Assembly (NCBI GenBank): GCA_965116885.1
Contig: OZ220741.1
Location: forward strand, 3,424,001 to 3,488,000
Origin: Candidatus Latescibacterota bacterium
GTDB lineage: Bacteria > Latescibacterota > UBA2968
DNA: 64,000 nt
Direction: 5' to 3'
Under the pieces are notes generated by a model. It saw only the letters and a program-made list of their open reading frames with translations, searched no databases and was not told the origin of the DNA. Made by a program: the position numbers and the translations under genes. Positions 1-9,479 of the stretch are shown in pieces (positions within the stretch are counted from its first letter, which is position 1; every line of letters starts with the position of its first letter).

Positions 1-1
1 A

Positions 2-913
2 ACCGAAACCATATCGGTCGTTGCTGTAATGCCCCTTCGCCGACTCGCTGATCCAGGCTGCCGATACTACCTGCCTACCGTGAAAACGCCCGTTATCCAC
101 ATAGAGTTGGCCGATCTTGGCCATGTCGCGCGGACTGAGTCGCAAGCCAGCATGCGTTTGGGGCAAGCCATTTTTGGTGTACCACCATTCTGAGTGATCT
201 ATTCCGAGCGGCGCAAAGAGATATTTATCTGCGAATTTGTCCACATGCATACCCGATGCCCGCTTGATTACGCCAGCGAGCAAGATGAAGCAACCGCTGT
301 TGTAGTTGAATCGTGAACCTGGTTCGTCCGACAGTTCTCTGGAAAGCACATACTCTATAAAGTCGCTGGCGTTCTCCATCTGCGCTTCGGAATTGAGAGA
401 ACCCGGCTCGGAGCTATGTGTACCAGATTGATCCCAGTTGAATCCGGCGGTCATCGTCAGTAGGTGCTTCAGGGTAATTCGCCCTTTTTCCTCCGTCAGG
501 TGGTGGGCATACTCTGAAAAAAAACGAGCCATTGGCATATCCACAGAATCAATATATCCACGATCAATGGCGATGCCGATTAGTGTAGATGTGATGCTCT
601 TGGTAACGGATCGTGTATCATGCAGGGTTTGCTCGCCGAACTCGACCACGCCCCTCGCACCATCTGTGCCGGTGTAATACGCTTCGAATACCAGCTTGCC
701 ATTTCTGACGATCAGAAAGCTATGGATGTTCTTATACGCCTGGCTGCGTATCTGGTTTGCAACCTGAACAATCGGTTCTGGATTGATCCCCTCCGATTCA
801 AGTGTTGATAAGGGCCAGTCATCGGGTAGGGTAGATTCGCTGGTTTCTTGTGCCATTGCGACGCTGGGAAGGCAAACGAACCATAGGAATAGGGCTAAAG
901 CTGGCTTTAACAT
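2..913 (-). CDS. Serine hydrolase, beta-lactamase class C/NylB-like (3' end runs off window)
   Basis: Manual translation from ATG 913: signal-peptide-like MLKPALALFLWFVCLPSVAMA, then SxxK (RSVTKS), LLTMTAG and FNYNSG motifs; absent from ORF track because there is no stop in the window. Confidence 0.85.
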   Translation of the reverse strand, partial: MLKPALALFLWFVCLPSVAMAQETSESTLPDDWPLSTLESEGINPEPIVQVANQIRSQAYKNIHSFLIVRNGKLVFEAYYTGTDGARGVVEFGEQTLHDTRSVTKSITSTLIGIAIDRGYIDSVDMPMARFFSEYAHHLTEEKGRITLKHLLTMTAGFNWDQSGTHSSEPGSLNSEAQMENASDFIEYVLSRELSDEPGSRFNYNSGCFILLAGVIKRASGMHVDKFADKYLFAPLGIDHSEWWYTKNGLPQTHAGLRLSPRDMAKIGQLYVDNGRFHGRQVVSAAWISESAKGHYSNDRYGFG

Positions 914-925
914 GTGGAATCTCTA

Positions 926-1564
926 CTACGTATTTTCGACTCGAAAACCACTAACGAATTCGCGAATCATCCAAAGATGCTGATCTGGTTTATAAAGCGT
1001 TTGAATGTATCCTGTATCCCCAAAAGAAAATTCAATACCCTGACCACTGACTGGTGGCTGTGCACCAACTATGCATCGCAACGCGGCATTTAAAATACCT
1101 CCGTGTGCGACCACCAAGTAGTGCCCTCTTCCCAGTCTGATCACTTTCTCCAGCGCCCGTGCGGCTCGACAGTGAAATGCCCAGGCGCTCTCCCCTGCAT
1201 CTGCACTTACAACATGGGGTTGAAAGGGGTTGTGAAAATCAGGTAATGGATACTTGGCTCTAGCGACCTGATGTGACAAACCCGCAATCGGACCATTATC
1301 CTTTTCCATCCAGTCTTCATCGAACTCGACACCTATACTCAGGATCTTGCCCACAATTTGGGCTGTCTCGCAGGCACGCTTTAATGGACTCGCAATAATC
1401 CTGTCAAATTTGATCTTTCTCGCCTTCAGTTCCTTTGCCCGGACTTCAGCTTGTTCACGACCCACGTCTGTAAGAGGTGCATCATATCGGCCCTCAATGA
1501 CATTCTCGTCATCTGCGCGAGAGCGTCCGTGGCGCATGAACATAATCTTGATATCACCATTCAT
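926..1564 (-). CDS. Histidine phosphatase (phosphoglycerate mutase) family protein
   Basis: RHG, SPLKRACETA and VAHGG motifs. Confidence 0.9.
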   Translation of the reverse strand: MNGDIKIMFMRHGRSRADDENVIEGRYDAPLTDVGREQAEVRAKELKARKIKFDRIIASPLKRACETAQIVGKILSIGVEFDEDWMEKDNGPIAGLSHQVARAKYPLPDFHNPFQPHVVSADAGESAWAFHCRAARALEKVIRLGRGHYLVVAHGGILNAALRCIVGAQPPVSGQGIEFSFGDTGYIQTLYKPDQHLWMIREFVSGFRVENT

Positions 1565-1731
1565 AAAATAACTCCATCATCAATGCTTTTTCGCCATTGA
1601 GGGATATGTTCGGGTTCGCATCGTAGAACGAAATCAACATTTCCACTATCCGTTTTTGCATAGATATAGTAATTGCGATTCTCTATATTCATGCGTACCG
1701 TAGCTATTCACGCTATTAGCCGGAGGCCCAT

Positions 1732-2394
1732 CTACAAGTCATCTCTTTTGATGGCGAAGAAAAATGGGTGAACCTCTTCCGGCGCATTAGCACTTTTGGA
1801 TCCTCCTCCTATGGTACCTTCCCGTTCAATCTGAAACCCAGTTTCAGTGAGAAAATTCTTGTAGGTCGAGGGGCCAAAGTTGCTCCAGTACATGGTCTCG
1901 CCGAAGAAGTCATCTTCGGTATATCCCGGCCCATCGTCGTACCTTGCAACCGTAAATAGAAGGAGGCCGCCGGGCCGAAGCCATTGTGCAAATCTACGAA
2001 AGAGGTCCTGGTGCTCCTGTCTCGGGATATGGAATATGGCGTAAAAGCTGATAATTGCATCGAAGCTACCTGCGGGGAATTCGGTCTCCATTACGTCGGC
2101 GATGATGAATTTGGCTGCAGGGACGTTTTTATTAGCTAAAGCGATCATGTTAGAGGAGATGTCGATCCCCGTGAGGCTGAACGTCTCTGCAAGATGCTGT
2201 GCAACCGGGATACCAGCGCCACATCCAACGTCAAGGACCTTTGAGTCAGGTATCAGATGTTTAGTTATCAAGTCGAGCTCCGCTTCAGGCGTGGTACGTC
2301 TTTGCCCAGCGTAATCCCTCGCACACCGGTTATAGGCGTTTCTTACCAGTTCCCGATAATCGGTCTCTGGATCGTTAGCAATCTTGAATGGCAT
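1732..2394 (-). CDS. Class I SAM-dependent methyltransferase
   Basis: VLDVGCGAG motif I, GIDIS, LRPGG; RBS AAAGGAG. Confidence 0.9.
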   Translation of the reverse strand: MPFKIANDPETDYRELVRNAYNRCARDYAGQRRTTPEAELDLITKHLIPDSKVLDVGCGAGIPVAQHLAETFSLTGIDISSNMIALANKNVPAAKFIIADVMETEFPAGSFDAIISFYAIFHIPRQEHQDLFRRFAQWLRPGGLLLFTVARYDDGPGYTEDDFFGETMYWSNFGPSTYKNFLTETGFQIEREGTIGGGSKSANAPEEVHPFFFAIKRDDL

Positions 2395-2428
2395 GGGTCT
2401 CCTTTGTAATCTGAGTTATGTGTTTCCT

Positions 2429-3337
2429 CTATCCGGTTCCGACGAGCACAAGCCCTGTGAAGATGATGGCGGTCCCGAGATATTTGGGCGTGTAGCCGGG
2501 TTCTTTGAGAAGTAGGATACCGAAAATAGTACCCAGGGGAATGCTGATCTGGCGAAAAGTAACGACATAGCTGACGTTTGAGACAAAGGCCAGGCTGATC
2601 AGGACCAGAGTATAAGCGACGGCCATGCCAGCACCCGCCAGCAGGGCGCGAGATGCCCGCGTTTTCAGGATTTCCCACATAAGAATGCGACCGCGTTTTT
2701 GAAATAGAACCCAAATGCCCAGCCAGAGGGAGGTAATGAGGCCTTCGAAAAAGGCATAGAGGATCGTAGCCTGCCAGCCTGCAATGGGAAGGGCGGGAGT
2801 ATCTCTGAGGAAGCGCAAAGCCTCGTCGTCGATGATCGAATAACCGGCTGAGGCGAAGGCGGCCATCAATGCAAACAATACCGATGAAGTCAGGTAGTTG
2901 TCAATATGGAAATCACTCAGATGCTTCATGGGCAGGATAAACATCCCAATGACAACCAGGGCAATGCCCCAAATGCACTGTGCGCTGACCTGGTCGGCAC
3001 GGTCAAAAAAAAGCGTCACGATGATGACCACGATGACCGGGGATGACCGGGCGATGGGGTAGAGGATGGACAGGTCTCCTCTCTGGTAGGCGTTGGCCAA
3101 GCCGAGGATATAGATGGTCTGAAAAATACCTGTTGCGATGAGCAAGAGCCATACGGAGGTAGGGAATGTGGGAATTGTCGAACCGAATAGGATGAGTGCA
3201 GGAATCAGGCACAGAGTCCCAAATGTGTTGACCAGGAGGAAGAAGGCGGAGGACGGGTGTTCCCGCTTACACAACAGGTTCCAGCCTACGTGAGTGAAGG
3301 CGGAGATGAGGATGAGGATGACGGCGGTGAGGGTCAT
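2429..3337 (-). CDS. DMT/EamA family transporter
   Basis: About 10 hydrophobic helices, HVGWN, GDLSILYPIAR, LLKE; start moved to ATG 3337 to avoid overlap with the upstream gene. Confidence 0.85.
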   Translation of the reverse strand: MTLTAVILILISAFTHVGWNLLCKREHPSSAFFLLVNTFGTLCLIPALILFGSTIPTFPTSVWLLLIATGIFQTIYILGLANAYQRGDLSILYPIARSSPVIVVIIVTLFFDRADQVSAQCIWGIALVVIGMFILPMKHLSDFHIDNYLTSSVLFALMAAFASAGYSIIDDEALRFLRDTPALPIAGWQATILYAFFEGLITSLWLGIWVLFQKRGRILMWEILKTRASRALLAGAGMAVAYTLVLISLAFVSNVSYVVTFRQISIPLGTIFGILLLKEPGYTPKYLGTAIIFTGLVLVGTG

Positions 3338-3365
3338 GGCGGTATTGTAGGAATATCCGAGGTAT

Positions 3366-4631
3366 TCAGACCTCTGCCAACTCGAACTCACCCTCAAATG
3401 CAGTTAAGGATGCCTGCATTTCACCTGATAATGCCTTCGAGTTAGACGATTCCGCCAGGTTTCTGGTTTCCCAGGGATCCGCTTCCATATCGAAGAGCTG
3501 GATGACTGGATCGCCCTGATATGTAATGAGCTTATGTGTGTTGGTGCGGAGCATTTTACCGCCTCCGGTGGCGTGTGCAACCACAAAATCCCGCCAAGCT
3601 GGATTTTTCCCCTCAGCAATCGCACGCAGGCTGTATCCCCGCATCATAGGGGGCGGCGAGATCCCGGCATAATCACAAACTGTCGGAAACACATCTACGC
3701 CCGATACGAGATGCTCCTGGTCGATTACCTGTTCTTTGATGTGACCGGGCCAGCTCATGATAAAGGGCACTCGCACAGCCTCATCGTATAGAAAGCTCTT
3801 AAAGACCATCTTGTGTCGAATATGCCCATCCCCATGGTCGGACGTAAGGATCACGACCGTATTTTCCTTAAACGCTGAGTTCTCGAGCGCGTCCAGGATC
3901 AAGCCGATCTGCCCATCCACCTTTTCAATGTAGCGGTAGTAGGTCCAGATATAGTACCGGTAGAGTTTCTCCTCCCACTTTTCCATACCTGATTCTTCGC
4001 CTCGATCTGCCAGTTTCTGATTCCGAGAGCTTATGATTTTTTCCGGTTCCGCCATGTTTGTCTCGAAATTGGGAGGCAGCGGAGGAAGGTCGTCAATCTC
4101 GGGGAACGGCATTTTCCCATCGTGCATCGTATGCGTCAGTACGAAAGAGCAGATATCGTGCGGATTCAAGAGTCCGACTGACAGGAAGAAGGGCTCTTTC
4201 TCCTGGTAGTTCTGGAGAAATCCGATCGCACTGCGGGTCGAAGCAATGTCTCCGGTCTCTGCCGTATTCCGCGGATCGGGGCAGATATGGTGGAAACTCT
4301 GTGCGACATCTCTGCCGGGAATATGCCATTTTCCGCTGTAGTAGGCGTTGTAACCATTTTTGTTCAGCCATTGTCCAAGGTCCGGCATGGTCGGAACCAT
4401 GTTGGCACCATTGGCCACGACTCCGTTTTCGGGGGTGTGGCGTCCGGTAAACCAACTCGCACGCGCCGGACAGCAGACTGGATTGGCGCTATAGGATTTT
4501 GTAAAGCTGATTCCCCTTGCTGCAAGCCGGTCCATACCGGGTGTCTTCACGTCATTGCATCCCAGATGTCCAAGGGCTTCCGCGCTATGCTGGTCGGTCG
4601 TAATCAGAAGAATATTCGGTCTCTGTTCCAT
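3366..4631 (-). CDS. Sulfatase (Cys-type)
   Basis: PNILLITTDQ, CCPAR, GKWH, SDHG. Confidence 0.92.
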   Translation of the reverse strand: MEQRPNILLITTDQHSAEALGHLGCNDVKTPGMDRLAARGISFTKSYSANPVCCPARASWFTGRHTPENGVVANGANMVPTMPDLGQWLNKNGYNAYYSGKWHIPGRDVAQSFHHICPDPRNTAETGDIASTRSAIGFLQNYQEKEPFFLSVGLLNPHDICSFVLTHTMHDGKMPFPEIDDLPPLPPNFETNMAEPEKIISSRNQKLADRGEESGMEKWEEKLYRYYIWTYYRYIEKVDGQIGLILDALENSAFKENTVVILTSDHGDGHIRHKMVFKSFLYDEAVRVPFIMSWPGHIKEQVIDQEHLVSGVDVFPTVCDYAGISPPPMMRGYSLRAIAEGKNPAWRDFVVAHATGGGKMLRTNTHKLITYQGDPVIQLFDMEADPWETRNLAESSNSKALSGEMQASLTAFEGEFELAEV

Positions 4632-4634
4632 CGC

Positions 4635-5354
4635 TTATGACGCCTCCCTCTTGAGAATCACTGTCCGACGCGTACTTACCACGAGAAATAATCTTCCATT
4701 CGCATCTACATAATAACAGGTGGGAATAACGGATTCTCCATAGTGGCAATACACATCTGCAGTCACAGCACTTTGATCTGTTGTGATCTCCGATGTCCCG
4801 CGATAAATTAGAAACTGGTTTTCCCGGATCATCGAGAACTCTTCTATCAGGTCAAATGTGTGCTTTGCAGTGTCCTTTCTGGCACTTAGTCGCTGGACTG
4901 CATCAAAAAGACACCAGTCGGCGGTATAGGGCCCAAGCGTTTTTGAGCGCACAGGCTCTTTGCCATCCATCAAAAGTCGGCTATTTTGGATTTCCCCTTT
5001 CTGGGTGTATCCAACCAGTCCTTTTCCCGCCAGGCTCCCGTTGGAATACTTCAGCGTCCAGGTCTTTGGAGATGTGAGTGCGTTGTTCTCGCATTGTGCA
5101 TTAATTTTTGTCGTGTTATCGAACTTAAGGTCCGAGCAGGTGATTCCCAAATGACGGTCTTCACCTTCATTCCTGGCGGAAATCCTGAGTGTAGCTTCAG
5201 GTTCGTGAGACCTGCTCCCTCGCTTCGTCCGTATATTCATCCAGTAGATGTCGTATGTCTGCTCTCCCGGTGTCTCCGGATCAAAGGTTTCGGCAGGCAA
5301 ACCGTATTTGTTCAATACCCTCTTTGTGTGGATATACTCCCATGGCTCAGCCAT
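4635..5354 (-). CDS. Hypothetical protein
   Basis: 239-aa ORF with RBS AAAGGAG, ending 3 bp before the sulfatase start. Confidence 0.7.
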   Translation of the reverse strand: MAEPWEYIHTKRVLNKYGLPAETFDPETPGEQTYDIYWMNIRTKRGSRSHEPEATLRISARNEGEDRHLGITCSDLKFDNTTKINAQCENNALTSPKTWTLKYSNGSLAGKGLVGYTQKGEIQNSRLLMDGKEPVRSKTLGPYTADWCLFDAVQRLSARKDTAKHTFDLIEEFSMIRENQFLIYRGTSEITTDQSAVTADVYCHYGESVIPTCYYVDANGRLFLVVSTRRTVILKREAS

Positions 5355-5554
5355 TACCGTGCTCCTTTCTAAGAAAGGCTTTCAATGAACGACATGCAGA
5401 TTCTACGACATACTGAAGGGAAGAGCAAGCATCATCTGGTAGGGATTTCGAAAGAGGGTTGGAAAACGCTCTATGCCCTACTTTGGCTGGGCTTGACCTG
5501 CAAAGGCTAAGTTGCTATTGTATCGGGACGCGAATTGTACTGCAGGAGCGACTG

Positions 5555-6877
5555 ATGATGTCGAATGAAAAGCCGAATGTGCTGGTGATTCAGCCCGACC
5601 AGCACCGCGGAACTGTGATGGGTTGTGCTGGTGACTCGCAGGTGAAAACGCCGAATCTGGACCGCCTTGCGTCGGAGGGGATTCGGTTCTCGCGCTGCGC
5701 CTCGTCCAGCCCTGTGTGTTCCCCCTTTCGGGGGACGATGCAGACCGGATTGTATTGCCATACCCACGGCGTGGATAGGAACAGTATTCTGCTGGATCCC
5801 GAGTTGATCACGTTCGCCGACCTGTTTGCGGACGCCGGATACGCCACAGGCTATATCGGAAAGTGGCATCTGGATGGGGGCAAGCCCAGGGGAGGCGGTG
5901 GATTTATTGAGCCAGGTCCCAGGCGAGCGGGGTGGCAGGAATGGCACGGATACCAGAAGGGACACAAGTTTTTCGAAGTCTGGGACTACGACGAGAATCG
6001 CGAGAGGGTGCGGATCGAAGGCTACGACTGGGAGCCGACGTGGCATACGGATATGGCTCTGGACTTTGCAAAACGAAATCGCGACGCCGGTCGTCCATGG
6101 CTTTACTATTTGGGATATGGCCCGCCGCACAAGCCCGAACAGTGCCCGCAGAAGTACCTGGATATGTACGATCCGGATACCTTTGAATTGCCGGATGATG
6201 TGAAGGGGCGATTCGGAGATCGGGAACACGAGCTTCGGTGGCTTTACCAGATGTATTACGGTCAGGTAACGGCGGTGGATGTGGAGATCGGACGTGTGAT
6301 GGACGGCCTGGAGGAACTGGGAATTGCAGACAATACGATCGTGGTCTATGTAAGTGATCACGGCGACAGGCTGGGCAGTCACTGCGAACCCGATGAGCAT
6401 AACTTTCGAGGCAAGGGAAGTCCTTTTGCGACCGCGTTTCGCATTCCGTTCATTGTGCGATGGCCCAATCGCATTGAGCCAAATCAGGTGTGTGACGCGC
6501 TAGTGAGCAGCGTGGATCTCACGCCCACGATTCTGGACCTGGCGGGATTGGGGATTCCCGATGTGATGCAGGGCGACAGTATGGCGAACTGGTGCCTGGA
6601 GGAGAAAGGCGTGGAGAACGAGTGTGTATATATGGGACTCCGCGGCGCGACCCAGCCCGGTGGATGGCGTGCCGTATGGGATGGCCGCTATGTGTTTTCA
6701 CCAGGGATTTACAATGTCCTGTATGACCATGAATCCGATCCGCTGGAGATGGAAAATCTCATCGACGCGCCACAGATTTCGGGTGAGAAGAAGCGGTTAG
6801 AGGGGCTACTCGTACAGATGGCCGAGAGGACGGGAGATCCGATGCTGCAGGAGGTGAAGGGGCTTTGCGATGTGTGA
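5555..6877 (+). CDS. Sulfatase (Cys-type)
   Basis: PNVLVIQPDQHR, CSPFR, GKWH, SDHG; RBS AGGAG before ATG 5555/5558. Confidence 0.92.
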   Translation: MMSNEKPNVLVIQPDQHRGTVMGCAGDSQVKTPNLDRLASEGIRFSRCASSSPVCSPFRGTMQTGLYCHTHGVDRNSILLDPELITFADLFADAGYATGYIGKWHLDGGKPRGGGGFIEPGPRRAGWQEWHGYQKGHKFFEVWDYDENRERVRIEGYDWEPTWHTDMALDFAKRNRDAGRPWLYYLGYGPPHKPEQCPQKYLDMYDPDTFELPDDVKGRFGDREHELRWLYQMYYGQVTAVDVEIGRVMDGLEELGIADNTIVVYVSDHGDRLGSHCEPDEHNFRGKGSPFATAFRIPFIVRWPNRIEPNQVCDALVSSVDLTPTILDLAGLGIPDVMQGDSMANWCLEEKGVENECVYMGLRGATQPGGWRAVWDGRYVFSPGIYNVLYDHESDPLEMENLIDAPQISGEKKRLEGLLVQMAERTGDPMLQEVKGLCDV

Positions 6878-8179
6878 TCATCCCTGACCGTCATCACGGC
6901 CATACGCGCGTTCCCACGCCTTCACCTGTTCGAACAATACGCCCACGCGTTCTTGATATCTTTCATCCTCGATCCGATTATAAAACTCCTTCGGATCCTC
7001 CGATAGATCAAAATACTCTCCTGCTTCACTCTGATATACATTCAACTTTTCCGTCTCCGTCCGAATCATCTGGGTATCACCAATCTGACTGAATACCGCA
7101 TCCCGCCAATCATCAGGAGTCGGCTCTCCATCCAGCAATGGTTTCAGCGACCGTCCGTGTGCAGAGTCGGGAACCTCAGCCCCAATCAAATCACAAATCG
7201 TCGGAAACAAATCAATATGTTCTACCAGTTCATCCCGCACCCCTGATTGACTTCTTGGATCAGAAATCAACAATGGCACATGCACCGAAGCCTCTCGCAT
7301 ATTGAACTTCAAAAACATCTCGTGTTCCCACATCTGATCGCCGTGATCTGCCGTCCAGATCACAATTGTCTCGTCTCTAATTCCCAACCTATCCAACGTA
7401 TCTAAAACCATCCCACAATATCCATCCACAAGCTCTATCATCCCATAATATCCCGCAATCACCTGCCGCAGTTCCACGGGTGTCAGATGCGCCCACTCTT
7501 TCCTTTTTCTCAAAATATCGTTGTGAGGCAAGGGCGCGTCAGCAGGTGCTTGCTCTGGTAATTCGATCTTTGACTGATCGATCTTTTCATAAATCTCTTT
7601 GGGCGGATAAAATGGGGGATGAGGCTCCGTAAAACTCGTCCAGGATAGAAATTTCTCCCCTTTACTGACGGCTTCTTCAATCTGTCGAATCGACTCTGTC
7701 GCCACATGATATCCCCAATACTGATCCCGACTTCTCGGGCTTGGCCCGCCAGATGACCGCCGCAATACGCCCTCATTTTCCCAATCGTATCGGGCGAGCA
7801 TATTCTCAGGCATTGTCTCGCGCCACATCTGTTGTGTAATTTCTGGCTCATAGCCATTATCCATATCGGGATCTTTCCAGTGCATATGTCCCAGATGAAA
7901 CCGGCGATAATTCAGGGGTTGCACGGCGTGAGCAATCGTGTACATACCCGGATAAGGCATTGAGTTATTGGTAAAAACGCCATGTGCATGGACATATTTG
8001 CCGGTTGCCAAACTGTGCCGCGCTGGCGAACACACTGGCGACTGTGTATAACACTGGTCAAATCGCACACTCTTTTCAGCCAGACGATCCAGATTGGGCG
8101 TATGAGCCAGTGGATTCCCCAGGCACCCCAACGCATCAAATCTGTGATGATCACTCATCAAAACAAGCACATTCATCAA
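6878..8179 (-). CDS. Sulfatase, choline-sulfatase-like
   Basis: NVLVLMSDHHR, CSPAR, PHPP, ADHG. Confidence 0.9.
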   Translation of the reverse strand: MMNVLVLMSDHHRFDALGCLGNPLAHTPNLDRLAEKSVRFDQCYTQSPVCSPARHSLATGKYVHAHGVFTNNSMPYPGMYTIAHAVQPLNYRRFHLGHMHWKDPDMDNGYEPEITQQMWRETMPENMLARYDWENEGVLRRSSGGPSPRSRDQYWGYHVATESIRQIEEAVSKGEKFLSWTSFTEPHPPFYPPKEIYEKIDQSKIELPEQAPADAPLPHNDILRKRKEWAHLTPVELRQVIAGYYGMIELVDGYCGMVLDTLDRLGIRDETIVIWTADHGDQMWEHEMFLKFNMREASVHVPLLISDPRSQSGVRDELVEHIDLFPTICDLIGAEVPDSAHGRSLKPLLDGEPTPDDWRDAVFSQIGDTQMIRTETEKLNVYQSEAGEYFDLSEDPKEFYNRIEDERYQERVGVLFEQVKAWERAYGRDDGQG

Positions 8180-8194
8180 TCAATCTCCTTTCAA

Positions 8195-9442
8195 TCAATT
8201 CCTCGTTCGGTTTCTCCATTGGTTAAGCGCGTTGAGCATGCTGTCTCTGGTTTCGCGGTTCAGACTCTGAGCCAGGTTGTCGAGTTCATACGGATCGTCC
8301 GCCAGATCAAAGCAATGCGTAATGTCATTCTCGTTTCGCTTTGTAATTAGCTTTACATCGCCCCTGATAATGCAATCATCTCTGTGTTCGATGAAGACAT
8401 CGGTTGAGATATCTGGCTCTCCGGTCATGCAGGGGAGTAGAGAGCCACCTTCAGTTTCTCCTGAATTTTCAGCATCGGCCAGATGGAGAATCGTGGCGAA
8501 TAGATCTACTGTGGATACAGGACTTTCAATAACGCGTTGTGCTGTTCCAGGTACGCGGATGAGCAGGGGCACGCGAACGGACTCATCGAACATAACGCCT
8601 TTTCCGAACAAGCCATGACAACCGGCCATATCGCCATGGTCCGATGTGAAGATGACTACAGTATCATCTGCCAGTCCGGTCTTTTCCAGTGTTTTCAATA
8701 CGCGGCCAAATGCGGTGTCCAACTGAGAGATTTCCCCAAAGTACCGCTTCCTGAATTCTTCAACACCGTAGTCCGCATTCCAGCCTCTGTTCTTGAACCA
8801 GGCGTCGCGGTCCGTGCTGGGGGGACCATCCAGTACGGACTTATCATATCGCTGCATGTCGGTCAGGGGAGGCGAACACGGGGGATGGGGCGCTTGATAC
8901 GACACGGCCATGAAGAATGGGGATTCCGGGGATGATAGAGATTCCAGTTCTTCGCAGACAATATCTGTCAAGCCATCGGTTTCGTGTCCACGAAGTTTTA
9001 TGGCGTTGTCGGGATCATCGTACCAGATCAGTCCGGCATCGTGATCTACATGGTGGCTTTCCCATCCAATGAAGTGTTGAAAGCCTCCGCGCAGTTCTGG
9101 CGGGACCCACCCGTTCTGTTGTTTACCGCTCAAATGCCATTTCCCGATATAGTGCGTGTCATAACCCGCCTGGTTCAGGTGATGGGCAATGGTCAGTTGA
9201 TTCACGGGGAGGCGCATACCATTCCCTGTAACGCCGGTCTGGCTCGGGTATTGACCGGTGAGCAGGCAAGCCCTGTATGGGGTGCATAGCGGTACATTCG
9301 TATAAGCGCGATTGAATTGTACGTTTTGTGCGGCGAATTGTGATAGGTTGGGGGCGTGAACGAGATGATTCCCATAGAACGGCAACCATCTGGCACTAAG
9401 CTGGTCGGGAAAAATGAACAGGATGTTTGGTCTGTGTATCAT
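8195..9442 (-). CDS. Sulfatase (Cys-type)
   Basis: PNILFIFPDQ, CTPYR, GKWH, SDHG. Confidence 0.92.
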   Translation of the reverse strand: MIHRPNILFIFPDQLSARWLPFYGNHLVHAPNLSQFAAQNVQFNRAYTNVPLCTPYRACLLTGQYPSQTGVTGNGMRLPVNQLTIAHHLNQAGYDTHYIGKWHLSGKQQNGWVPPELRGGFQHFIGWESHHVDHDAGLIWYDDPDNAIKLRGHETDGLTDIVCEELESLSSPESPFFMAVSYQAPHPPCSPPLTDMQRYDKSVLDGPPSTDRDAWFKNRGWNADYGVEEFRKRYFGEISQLDTAFGRVLKTLEKTGLADDTVVIFTSDHGDMAGCHGLFGKGVMFDESVRVPLLIRVPGTAQRVIESPVSTVDLFATILHLADAENSGETEGGSLLPCMTGEPDISTDVFIEHRDDCIIRGDVKLITKRNENDITHCFDLADDPYELDNLAQSLNRETRDSMLNALNQWRNRTRN

Positions 9443-9479
9443 GTATTCGGGGTGGGGGAGAGGTCGGTTGGTCTTTTTA

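Noticed and set aside
1565..1731. Complete attC site starting GGCTAAT after the MTase stop
   Set aside because: No complementary right half found; at most a degenerate half-site.
5507..6400. Long antisense or alternative-frame ORFs (also 9414-10388, 18862-19818, 39779-40624, 40569-41414, 55632-56594)
   Set aside because: They overlap well-supported genes and carry no family motifs; shadow ORFs.
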